A stretch of DNA of 64,000 bases, taken from positions 1,101,979 to 1,165,978 of the forward strand of contig CAVNZM010000007.1 in the NCBI GenBank assembly GCA_963693365.1. Reading direction: 5' to 3'. How positions within the stretch are numbered: the first letter of the stretch is position 1; every line of letters begins with the position of its first letter. Shown piece after piece: positions 13,068 through 25,144 of this stretch. Source of the stretch: Amoebidium appalachense (lineage: Eukaryota > Protista > Ichthyosporea). The translations under genes were made by a program, and so were the position numbers. The notes under the pieces were generated by a model that was not told the origin of the DNA, ran no database searches, and saw only the letters and a program-made list of their open reading frames with translations.

Positions 13068-14039
13068 GTTGCCGTCCCCCCCAGTCAGACGCCCAACCAC
13101 GGTACCCAGCTTCCTGTGCCAGTGACGCCACACTGTACACCCACACCTGACACACACACATGAATAATGAACGTGGTGTGTCGGTTAAACGGGCGTGAGG
13201 AAATAGTGGGCATGCGCTCAGATGCCCATATGTAAGGCTATAAGAGTGGCATCAAACTCCGCTTCACTAAGGATGGAGTCGTGTATATGCACCAGATATT
13301 CACAACATTGAACAACAAGTAGGTGTGCAAAAGCGGTCGTGTGCATAAACACGTGCACATAGCAGATGTGCTAACACGTACTGACGTGTTGCCGCACGTG
13401 CGACGTTTAACATCTACTCAGGCGGTAAGTAAAAAAAAAAAAAAAAAAAAAAAGAAAGAAAGGAGACACCGCCTCAGTAGGTGGTAGGCAGATGTGTGAT
13501 ATAAAACTAAAGCGCTGTAACATTAGCATGTCATAGGAGAGAAAGGAAGTGAGTTTTAAAGGACCCCTGGGAAGGGGCAGTGGGCGAGGGGGAGCGAGGG
13601 GTGACCGTAAGGGGGGTGGGAGTGAGGGGAGCGGAGTGGGGGAACACTGCAAAAGCAACATCGGTAGCAGAGAGGATCACGGCAATTTAAAGAAGCACTA
13701 GAGTGCTAAAGATGAACTACTCATAGCTTTTCGTTGTTTCAAGACTAAAATTATTCTCTGGACTACCAGCGCCCAGTACAGAGCTGCAGGGAAAGTTACT
13801 AGAGCTCTTCAAAATTTGCCAGCAACAAGACACCTCACGGTGTAACGGACCACAAAAAAAAAAAGAAAAAAAAAAGAAGCTTCCCTATCTCACTCCGTGC
13901 TTGAGTGAAAGGGGAGGGGAATCTCACACCTTACACAAGATGCCAGCAATAGTTTCTTTGCTGGTGAGATAACTTCTACCCAGAATCACCAACTTGAATG
14001 CCGGATATAAGCGCTTCACTTATCGGTTTTTTCAACAAA

Positions 14040-14221
14040 CTCGGAGTCCGACAACTTCAATGCGGAGTGACACACTGACGTCGACACAGGCAACAGGCCC
14101 TCAATGCCTCACTCACCCTCATGACGTCATCTCTGTTTATAACAGAAGCGCGAGCCCATTGGCTTACAGCTTACGCAAAATTTGGTTTTTTCAGATGACA
14201 TGATGTAACACCAACTACATC
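14040..14221. promoter_or_regulatory. Left half of the divergent MEMO1/AKR promoter
   Basis: Perfect CRE TGACGTCA at 14122-14129 and ATTGG (CCAAT) at about 14158. A probable MEMO1 5'UTR exon donor (GTAAG on minus) lies near 13933. A further TTACGTCA at about 18028 lies on the other side of the P-element. Confidence 0.5.
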
Positions 14222-15149
14222 CACGGCCCTCTGAAAAAAAGACGGCCTGGATACACTACGTCATAAAATCGCATTCCATTGTGCTCGTGGTATCTCGATC
14301 CACTGGATTCCGGCCCTAAAACGAGATGTCGGCACAGAACATGTATGTTGTTGTTTTTCGTTTACGTCTCGCTTTTTTTGGTTCAAAGACGGAGACATCG
14401 GTAACATGGCTGACGGCGGGACTGGCCTTATGAAGGGAGCTGCTCCTCCCGAGCCTGGAATGGATAAGAAGAGAAGTAACGGTCTGCGTAGCAACAAAAT
14501 CGGTAACATATGCAGTGTTCCAGGCTGCAGAGGCAACTACGACGACCAAAACAAGGTTTTCGTTTACAAATTCCCCAACCCAAACGACGGGCGCATTAAA
14601 AGCAAGACGCTACGCGAAGAAACACGGAACCTTCTCAGTGCGTGGCTACGTGCTGTGCCGAGGCAGTGGCCTGAGAACTTCGACCCGCACGGTGTTGCGC
14701 GGGTCTGCTGCCGTCACTTTCCCGCCCATGACATCGTTAAAAAAGGTGGCAAAGCGTGGCCTAGGCCAGGCGCCGTCCCGAGCATTTTTCCCAACTGCCC
14801 CAGTTACCTGAGCGCCCCTTCCGCGCCTCCTCGTACGGACCCGGAAGAGAGAGCCGCAAAGATGGAGAAGGTTCGGGCAAGGCAAGAGGAAGAGGCAGTA
14901 GCGAGGAAGCGCCAGAAGGAGATGTTCGTGTTCGGCCAGCTTGTTGTCCGTGCCCTGGAAATAGCGGAGCGGCACGCCGGCTGGAGGGTTTACGGAGGAA
15001 ACACAGTGGTCGCTGGCGTTTACGAGCAAGACAATGGTACCCCCCCCCCCCCCCCCCTCAAAATCCCCTCCAATGTCCTAATGCCCTCGCCCCCTCACCC
15101 CCTCACCCCCCCAACACACAAGGTCACATGAGGAGTCGACCGGCATGAA

Positions 15150-15185
<36 letters not shown>

Positions 15186-15265
15186 TTGTGTGTGTCTGTG
15201 TGTGACACTGTGTGTGTGTGTGTGTGTGTGTGACACGTGTGTGTGTGCGCGCGCATCAGTGTGTT

Positions 15266-15313
<48 letters not shown>

Positions 15314-15600
15314 TGTGTCGGGATGGGTGGGTGGGGAGGGGGGGGGGGGGGGGTTTCCATATGGTTTTTCACATGCCAAGCGTAGTCAAATGTGGTGCCA
15401 CACAGATTTTGCTGACTTTTAATTTGCAGGCCAGTCTCAACCGCTATCTCCTGGACAGCGGCGTGAGCGGCGAGAAGCTCAACTTTGTGCTCACCAGAAA
15501 GTTTCAAACCGACTCCCTTGAGGGTGCTTTTGGCACAATCCGACAGTACAGCGGTGGGAACTACAACGTTGGGACAGCACAGGTGGGTACCTCCCCTCCT

Positions 15601-15645
<45 letters not shown>

Positions 15646-16142
15646 ACACGCACACCCCTACCCTACTCAGCCACCCACCCACTGCCTGCAACAATGAAAC
15701 ACAAGAGATACATCACACACACACGATTCATACAGCATTACAAAGAACAGAGACAGAACAGATATAGGATGATTTGGTGATTCACCTTAATAATAGGATA
15801 GTGGTGTCATGACATGGTGGCCCCGGGGAATAAAATAATCAGGAGAAAAAAAAAAGGGGGGGGGGGGATAGCGAGAGAGGCAGGGACGGAAGAAGGGGTT
15901 GGAGGAGGAGGGGAGGGGGAGGGGGGGGTATCAGGATAAAAGGAGTGTGGTGAAAAGAAAGGGTGCAAAGAAAACTGAACGAAAAATGAAATTAGGGGGT
16001 GGGGTGGGGGGGGGGGGGGGGGGGGCGGGGCTGTTGAACTCAAACCACAAAAATGCACACACGTACACGCACACACACACACACAGACACACAGACACAC
16101 ATACACCAAACACCACACACACACACACACACACACACCGTA

Positions 16143-16195
<53 letters not shown>

Positions 16196-17489
16196 ATACA
16201 TACACAACCCCATGCAGATATACCTAAACCATGCTTGTGTACACACGAAGATATGCTATGATACACTGCTTGCGCGCCCGCGCCATAGTGTGTCATATTA
16301 AACTTTTATAGCCACGTGCCATCTATATATACACAAATCACACAATAAACTCACCTCTATGTACAGACTCTCCAGGCCGTCAAAAGGATACGGGTGCAGA
16401 AGCTGGCAAAGCTGGCAGTGCAGACGGGCACAAGTGTAACACAGCTGTTCGACAACATGAACACAGCACTCAACAGCAAACGCAAAACGATCACCATCGA
16501 GACCATTCTCTCACTCTACAACAACACCATCTGGGACCACGTCTATAAAATCAGCGAAGACGTCAGAAAGCCAGAGGTGCTAACCTACCGGGCAGGGTTC
16601 TGTGTGCACGCGCTTCACGTGCGCGGTGTTGGCTGCAACACAAGTCGTGCACATCTCGAAATCACCACACCCAACAAAAACACCAACACACCCACTGAAA
16701 CAAGCACCACAGCTACCGAAACAGCCACCACTACGGCCGGGAGAGCCACAGACGATCACTACCGACTCATCCGCGCCGCCAATCGGGGGGGCCTGACTTT
16801 CCCTTCACCACCAACAGTGAGCATTGTCACATTGGTCTACTGTGTGGTGGAGGCACTGCTAAAGCCACTGGTCAACACGTACCTTCCGGGGGGCAGCCAT
16901 AGAACGGTGGCTGTGCTACTCAGCGAACATGCAGTCAAAAGGTACAATACCGATAAGGCACTTATGGACGAGTGTGGGGTGTGCGGCACGCAAAAGAGAG
17001 CACTAGTGGAACGACTAATAACCGTTGCAACCAACTGCCACCTGAGCGCGTATGTGCGTCAACGCAAGGAACAAGCGAAGAAAGCACCCAACAAAGCAAA
17101 CCGGAAAGCCAAAACAGTGCAGGCGGCCGCTTTGGCGGCGAGCGAGGCCGCCGCGGGGGCAGGCGTCCCCGCCACAGTTGCAGGGAGCATGCCGTCGACA
17201 AAACCAGCAAAGAAGAAAAAGGAGAGCAAAACAGAGGAAAAGGGAGGCGAAGGGAGGAAGAAGGGAAAGAAAGGTGAAAACAAAACAACCACGGCGGAAC
17301 CACCTACCGTCGAGTGGGAGATGGAGGGAAACGATGACGAGCTGGTGGCTGCACTGGAGGCAGCAGAGGCGGAGTACGATTGGATGGTAGAGGCGTATTT
17401 GGAGGAAGCAGAGCTCTAGCGGCTTTGTCAGTGTTTTCTAACCCTCTTTCTTTTCTTTTTTTGCCAGTAGGTAGAGGTGTGAGGGTTTG

Positions 17490-17543
<54 letters not shown>

Positions 17544-17985
17544 CTACACAGTGTTTATTGGTTGGTGGTTAGTGTTGCAGGACATAGACGTTCTAATACT
17601 TAACATACAGGTAGTATTATGTTACCTAGTGGATAGAAACACCTTTGAGAGAATATACGCAAAGAAGAGTTCTAGTTTTGTAGCAGATCTTTGCTCACTA
17701 TGTGTAAACGTGAACTACTCAATAGATATAACTATACTGAGACTCAGCTACACTATTATGTACACTATGCCAAAACTTTGTGCTATAGGGCTTGCGCATA
17801 TTACTCTAAGACAAAAAAACGCCTTAGAACATAGGAAGCACTTCATAAACTTTTGTCGTTTTTTTTTTCCCTTCCGTTTTCCTTCAACTGATAGTAGTTT
17901 GCTAGCGAATCCAGTGGATCGAAATACCAATCTGCTCTTTTGACCCCGTTCTGTATCCAGGCCGTCTTTTTTTCAGAGGGCCGTG
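14222..17985 (+). mobile_element. P-element superfamily DNA transposon, internally deleted (non-autonomous)
   Basis: Perfect 34-bp TIRs CACGGCCCTCTGAAAAAAAGACGGCCTGGATACA (14222-14255 / 17952-17985) with CA...TG termini. 7-bp TSD CTACATC / CTACAAC (1 mismatch). Encodes THAP and P-transposase fragments. Confidence 0.92.
14406..17419 (+). pseudogene. THAP-containing P-element transposase lacking its central catalytic region
   Basis: Exon 14406-15036: THAP (CSVPGC..W..CCRHF..AVPSIF) plus coiled coil. Exon 15430-15582: LTRKFQTDSLEGAFGTIRQYSGGNY, the catalytic-Glu motif of P transposases. Exon 16367-17419: YRAGF..NRGGLTFPS C-terminus. No sequence for the first catalytic Asp residues or the GTP-binding insertion is visible, and the exon 1 donor (phase 1) does not match exon 2 (phase 0). 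Confidence 0.85.
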
Positions 17986-18211
17986 CTACAACTCACCAAA
18001 GAAAACCAGAAAACCTCATATGGCCCGTTACGTCACCATGGCTCATGATAATTCCCTTATAAGGCATTTTAGCAAAATCCTGCATTCCGAGCGCAGTTTT
18101 TTTTCCAAGCGCCCCGCATGATCAGTTCACTCTGGAACAAAAAAACACCGAAATTTTTGGAGAGAGGGACAGGAAGCGCCTTTTTACACCAGTTTTCTGC
18201 AACACTTCACC

Positions 18212-19128
18212 ATGGCTGAGGAGAGCGTTACGCTACACACAGGGCAGGTAGGCATGTGAATGTGATGTTCTGACTGCTTCATCGCCACTAATCCCATAAT
18301 GATATGTGAGGTGCGTGTGTAAGAGACTGTGAGATGCATGTGTGAGAGAGGATCAGAAACTCGTCATGTTTTGTGCTGTTCATACGCCTTTCCCCCTGCC
18401 TTTTCCGCGTCTTGACTAGGCGATAACCCAGTTTCTTCGTCGTCCTATTTAGACGTCGGCCGCTGACAATTCCCTTGTTTGTTACTTTCCTCCCCCCTCT
18501 CTCATCTCTCCCTCCTCTCCCTGTGGCACCACCTGCTTTCTCTCGACCACCGTCTATTCCAATATCTGCTCTTTTTCTTTCGACGGCATTTAAGTCCCTC
18601 CCCCCTCCCCCCTTCCCCCCCCCCCCTCTACCCCCCCCCCCCCCCCCCTCTACCCCCCCCCCCCCCCCCCCTCCCCGCCCCTCCTCCTTCGACCAGGCCT
18701 TTGGCAAGCCTCTGTCAACATAAGAGCCCAACTTTGTGCATCTAGTTATGTCCCTTCCAGGTAGATTGGCACAAGCTCTTCATTTCACGGCTAATATTTA
18801 TTTAGTTTTTGGTCTGTAACTGACGTCGTTGCTTTTCTTTGCACAGAAAATGCCTCTGCTGGGCCTGGGCACCTGGCTGGCCAAGAAGGGTGAGGTGGGT
18901 GGTCGATACTTGTTTGCCTTTTAACACCAAATGCTCCCCGGCCCCCTTTTCGATGTGTTTCTTCCTTTCATTATCACGTTTGTCGTCAACATTTTGCTGT
19001 GGCAGTCTCATGCTAACCCAAGCATGTGCTTGTGATCGCGAGGACTCTTCCACCTTTCCTCCCTGCCCACACTTCTCGTACGTGTCTATAAGCAGCAACT
19101 ACACCCGTGCATGCACACACACACCGTG

Positions 19129-19171
<43 letters not shown>

Positions 19172-19913
19172 TGTTCCCTCTGTCATCTCTCTTCGTTTTA
19201 TGCACATAAACACTTGCCTAGTGAGGCTCGTGTCCTTGTTCCTTTTAATAGTCACGTTCTTCTGTTTGGCCGTTGCTCTATGCCTGTTGTTGATGTTTCT
19301 GCCTCTTCCACGTCGAGAGTTGAACTCAGGTTTCCAATACTGAGTGGCAACAGTGACACTGAACTTATGTAAGATTCACCAAACGAATCGGCCTATCAAC
19401 CAACATTTGCACCATGTTTTTAGTTTGGCTCCCTTTTTCTTTAACACGCTGTCCTCTCTTCCGGTCACTCCTCCTCCCTCCCCGTCGGACCCCGGCTCCC
19501 CCTTAAATACCCCCCCCCCCCCCCCCCCCCCCAACACACACACACTCCTCCTCGCCCTCTTCACACACACACACACCTCCACCACCACCATCACACCCGC
19601 CCTCTCCTGCTCCAGTTGTCTTCTTCAGTATACTGATGTTTCGTCTCCCTCAAGCTCCTCCCCCCCAAACACACACTTGTGCCCACACAAATGTGCACAC
19701 ACACGCGCACATTCATACATTCACAAACACGTTCACACATTGACAAACACATACACACACATGTACTGTTTTGAATACACATACACACCATACCATCTTT
19801 ATACCCCAACCACTTACCAGTATTGGGCCTCCCCACCCCCTCCGTCAGACACTGCCTCGGCAGGCACTGCACACACATTATATACCCCCCCTCCCCCCCC
19901 TCCCCCCCCCCCC

Positions 19914-19944
<31 letters not shown>

Positions 19945-20915
19945 AAACACACAGGTGGGTGAAGCAGTGCGCCATGCCATCACCGAAGCCGGCTACCGCC
20001 ACATCGACTGCGCCAGCAACTATCTCAACGAAGACGAAATCGGTGATGTGGTGCAAGAGGTTTTCAAGGAAGGGAACATTCAGCGAAAAGACGTTTTTTT
20101 TACCGGAAAACTCAATAATCCGTACCATCACCGCGAACACGTGCGGCCGCACTGCGAGAAGAGTCTTCTCGATTTGGGCATTGGATACTTCGATCTCTAT
20201 CTGATCCACTGGCCTGTGGCGTTTAAGGTGTGTGCACGTGGTTTCCTTATATGGCCATTTCGATCTCTTTTTTTATCCACCCGCCTTTCAGAAGTGTGCA
20301 TGTTGTTTCCTTATATGGCTATTTCGATCACTATCTGATCCGCTGGCCTGTGACGTTTGAGGCTTTTTTGCTTATATGGTTGTGCTGCTTTCTCAAGGTT
20401 AAGAAACTCTGAAATGGAGTCGTACAGAGTTATCTTCCCCTTCCCCCTATGGTGCCTCAAGGCTGAAGCCCTCTAAAATTGAAAAAATGAAAAAAAATAC
20501 TTCCCGACACCGGATTTGAATATTTTTTGGATGGATCGAAAGGCCTCGTCGAGATCTGTCGAATGACACACAAAACACAAAATGCGCCAATTTGACCCCC
20601 CTCTCACCCAACCCGACCCGGCCCGATTACGTCATCAGAGCCTTCCGACCCAACCCGAATCGGGTCACCCTGGGCCAAACCTCTGCCTGGAGAGGGGGAG
20701 GGGGGTGGGGCGTAGTGTCACAGGTACACGGTGTCACACACGTGGCACAAACACGGACAAACTGCGTAGGCGCACACATGTACATGTACACGCACACATA
20801 CACCACACATATGAACCTTTTACTGGAAGCATATATCTCAAGTCTCTTGGGCCGGAGGCCTAGGCCGAGCGGATCCGGATCCTGGCCATGGCTCCCCATC
20901 ATGGGCCCTCTTCCT

Positions 20916-20953
<38 letters not shown>

Positions 20954-21646
20954 ACCCCCCCTTGCCCCCCTCCCCTCCCCCCCCCCCCCCCCCCCCCTCC
21001 CCCCCCCCCCCCCCCACACACACACAGCGACAGACACATAGGTGCACACGTACATATGATTAATCCCATACAGTATGCATGAAGTCGCGCCCGCCCCGGA
21101 CCGGAATAGAATGGATACCCGATGGATATCAGTGGGTTTGAAATTTAACCCCCCAGGGGCGTTTTTTATGTTAATGCAAATATCTTAGAAATTTTTGCAA
21201 ATTTTTGAATTCTGGAAAAGTTTCACCAGGAAGTCGATGGCGCTGAGCACGTAGGACACCTTATTTTTGTAATAGCACCACTCCTTCATTGTTTTCCAGA
21301 AAAGCGCCAATTTAGGGTCAATTAGTAAGAATTCAAATTATCAAACCAAAATTCCAAGATGTTCTCGCGGTGGCGCTGGGCAAGTATCCGGATGCATTTG
21401 AAGTAGACATCAAGGCGGACATTTTGACGTGCCCATTTCTGAAATATCTCAATTCTCTGGGGAGCGACATGCCCTAGATCGGAGGTAGGCGATTTTGAGG
21501 TCTGAAATTGGATGCGATCAGGCTTGAGGCACCATACCTATTTTTGATTGCCCTCATACAGCCGGTCAATTAACACACAGAGAAAGCATCTAAGGGCTTG
21601 ACCATTTGTGTGTTTATGGTTGGGTGGTGGTCGTGTGTGTGTGTCT

Positions 21647-21677
<31 letters not shown>

Positions 21678-22398
21678 GGGGGGGATTCCAGACCGAGCAT
21701 GAAAACAAGTAAAATCTAAGGTCAGGCAGGTAGAGGCGATTGAAAGGGTAAGAGTATGTGAGACTAGAGAGGTAGGATTCGGTTGAGATAGTGATCTGCA
21801 AAACCAATCGTCTCTTATTCTGTCTAACCGTATATGGCTAATCCAGTATGTGCCGTATGACGGCAGCAAGAGGGGCTACCATGCCAGCTACGACCCCAAC
21901 GACTGCAGTGAGCTGGAGGAGGTGAAAAAGGGGGAGTCCAAGATCGATATGACTGTCTCCCTGAGGGTTAGGACCCCCCCCCCCCCCCCCCCCCAAAAAA
22001 AAAGTCTTTTTCTGCATATTTGCATTTTCTTATTTGTTGTGTGGGAGGTACTTCAAACTGCCTCCCCGATTCTTACTTCTCCCCCCCCCCCCCCCTCCCC
22101 CCCCCCCCCCCCCCCGTGGCCGTGGGGGGCTGGCCTTTTCTGGTTACGTCTGTGTGTTGATGGTGGGGGGGGGGGGGGGGGGGGGGGGTTAGGAATGGGA
22201 TGGAATGGGTGCCTGGGACGAGGGAAAGCAGGAGTATTTTTGTGGAATATGCTAGGGAAGAGTGGATAGGTGTGTGTTTGGAGGGGGGATGGAGGGAAGG
22301 GGGGGTTAGGGGGGTTAGTTTATTGAAAGGTGCAAACTGAGCCAACCTAACTTCCAGTTCTTTCCCCACTTCTCTCTGCTACTACTCCCTCTCTCTCA

Positions 22399-22432
<34 letters not shown>

Positions 22433-22486
22433 TCCAACACACACACACACACCCTCCCCCCGCCCCGCCCCTTCTCCCTCACTCCC

Positions 22487-22517
<31 letters not shown>

Positions 22518-23333
22518 AGGAAACATGGGTGGCAATGGAACAACTAGTCGATGCAGGTCTGTGCAAATCCATCGGTCTCTCCAACGTGACAGGCCCCCTT
22601 CTCCACGATTTACTCACATATGCACGCATCAAGCCTGCTGTGATTCAAAACGAAATGCACCCCCTCTGTCAGCAGCCCGCACTGTGTGCATATGCCCAAA
22701 GGATGGGCATTGTGATGGAGGCTTATTCTCCTCTTGGTGCTGGTGGATTCCGCAAGCAAAATGAGCCGTCCGTCATTGAGAACCCAACGGTAATAACACC
22801 TAACTTCTCTCCCTTGTTCCTTCGGCGCACGCGCGCGCACACACACTCATACACTCAAAGTCACACACCGGCACATGCACATGTCGCGGCACACACGCAC
22901 ACACATGCACGCACGCACGCTCGCTCGCCAGTCATCACCACCACCACCACTGCTTCCCCTAAGAGCGCCGCTTCTTCTTCCTACTCTTTGGGTGCTCTTT
23001 TTTGCCTATCTAGGTTGTGTTTCATATAGTAAAATTTTGGAACGGTGGGGTTGTCTAGCGAGGTTTGGTAACGGGTAGCATGGTCTAACCCTCCCCTTCC
23101 CCCCAAACACACACATACACAGAATTACACACCACACGCTTTATGCACGCACGCACACGCACACACATACACTTACACACACACACGTACAATCACGCAG
23201 ACACCCACACACCCACACACCCACAGTCCCACACACACACACACGTACACCACGCAACCCACACACACACGTACACCACACCACACACACACACACGTAC
23301 ACCACACAACCCACACACACACGTACACCACAC

Positions 23334-23414
<81 letters not shown>

Positions 23415-23566
23415 CTTATCGAGATTGCCCGTACACACAACAAGACCCCAGCCCAGGTTGCTCTGCGGTGGGCCACGCAACGAGGCACCGTGGCCATCCC
23501 AAAATCGATCAAACCCCAACGTCTGAGGGAGAACATCAATATCTTTGACTTCAAGCTGTCCGGTAT

Positions 23567-23597
<31 letters not shown>

Positions 23598-23722
23598 CCG
23601 CGTTCATCCCTCCCTCCCTCCCTCCCTCCCTCCCTCCTTGGTTACGCCAGTGCCGATGAACACTACGGATTTTTTTGATCCTGAGCAAACCTGTCGGTTG
23701 GCTTCTTGCTTCTCGTTTTGTG

Positions 23723-23763
<41 letters not shown>

Positions 23764-24010
23764 CCCCCGGGTTTCTTGCATTTCTCCATAAAAGGCCTGA
23801 AGCTGTGCTTTTACCTTAACAGCTAATGAAATTGCCATTAAGGCTTGGCTTGTTTCTTTTATTCTTGCCTACACATACCTGTACGCACACTAACCTTAAG
23901 TTATTTCCACCCGCGCAGATGCCGAGATGGAGTCTATCTCCAAGCTGGATATCAACTACCACTACCTGCGCCCCAACAACTGGTACAGGATCCCCCTCTT
24001 CACCCCCTGA
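18212..24010 (+). CDS. Aldo-keto reductase (AKR1/aldose-reductase-like), 328 aa, 7 exons
   Basis: Phase-consistent exons 18212-18247, 18847-18894, 19955-20227, 21847-21966, 22520-22789, 23415-23562, 23919-24010. Motifs [49 protein letters not shown]. Catalytic tetrad D-Y-K-H present. Confidence 0.95.
20448..21536. mobile_element. Non-autonomous TIR element (about 1.1 kb) in AKR intron 3
   Basis: Terminal inverted repeat TATGGTGCCTCAAG(G/C)CTGA at 20448-20466 / 21518-21536; the outer TA may be the TSD. No coding capacity. Confidence 0.6.
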
Positions 24011-24114
24011 GTACGTGCCATGGGGTTTACTGCTTATGTAGCGATATAAGAGTGGCAACGAAGGCCCGTACATAGTCAGTGCTGGGATTGTAGTGTTCTT
24101 TATTATGTGCTTTT

Positions 24115-24155
<41 letters not shown>

Positions 24156-24746
24156 CCACCATCACCACCACGGCACACATTGGCGACAAGTACAAACACA
24201 TCTCCCACATCCTCTCCGCTATGCCATGCGTTTTCTGATTCGCTTTTTTTTCCTTTTTCCTTTTCTTTTTTTCTTATTGTTGTAGTGCACAATGATGGGA
24301 GCTATGTTGTAGAGAAACATGCACATTCGAGATATGCGTGATATATATACGTGTTGGGCAGCTTTAAAGGGATTGTAAGTTTTCATATGACAGCCAGGTT
24401 GCTGTTTACACATAAAAATCGACTTAACCGACCCATATAGTGGGTATGTATTGTTGCCGGCTGGTGGGTACATGACCATGTACGTGCATATTCTCCCTGA
24501 TGTGTGCGTGTGTGCATGCGTGCATGTGTGTGTGTGTGTGTGTGTGTCACAGTGTGATCACCTGTGTGTGTGTGCGAGCGAGCGTGTGTGTCACAATGTG
24601 TGTGTGTGTGTGTGCGTGTGTGTCACACTGTGTGTGTGTGTGGTGGGAAAAGGGGATGGGCATGCACTAATACTAGCAGCGACTAGTATACAAACATAAT
24701 CAAAGGAAAGAACCGGTTATTTTTTATTTTTTATTTTTTTTGGCCC

Positions 24747-24807
<61 letters not shown>

Positions 24808-25057
24808 ATGTGTGTGTGTGTGTTTGGGGGGGGGGGGGGGGGGGGGAGGGGGAGGACAGGACGGAACGACGAGCAACATTAAAATATGTAGCAAGGGTGC
24901 TCTGTTCCAATATCCACATTTCTATCATCATATTTTCCAAACGCAAAAAAACCTGCTACAAGTGTTATATGGGCAGCTGTGTACGTATATACATATATCG
25001 GCCAAGGCCCTATACTAGCGGCTTGAGGAACAACTTCGAGCATACATACACTAAAAT

Positions 25058-25093
<36 letters not shown>

Positions 25094-25144
25094 GGGGGCT
25101 TCCCTTATCATGTTCAATATGTGCACACCCACACATGCATGGAA

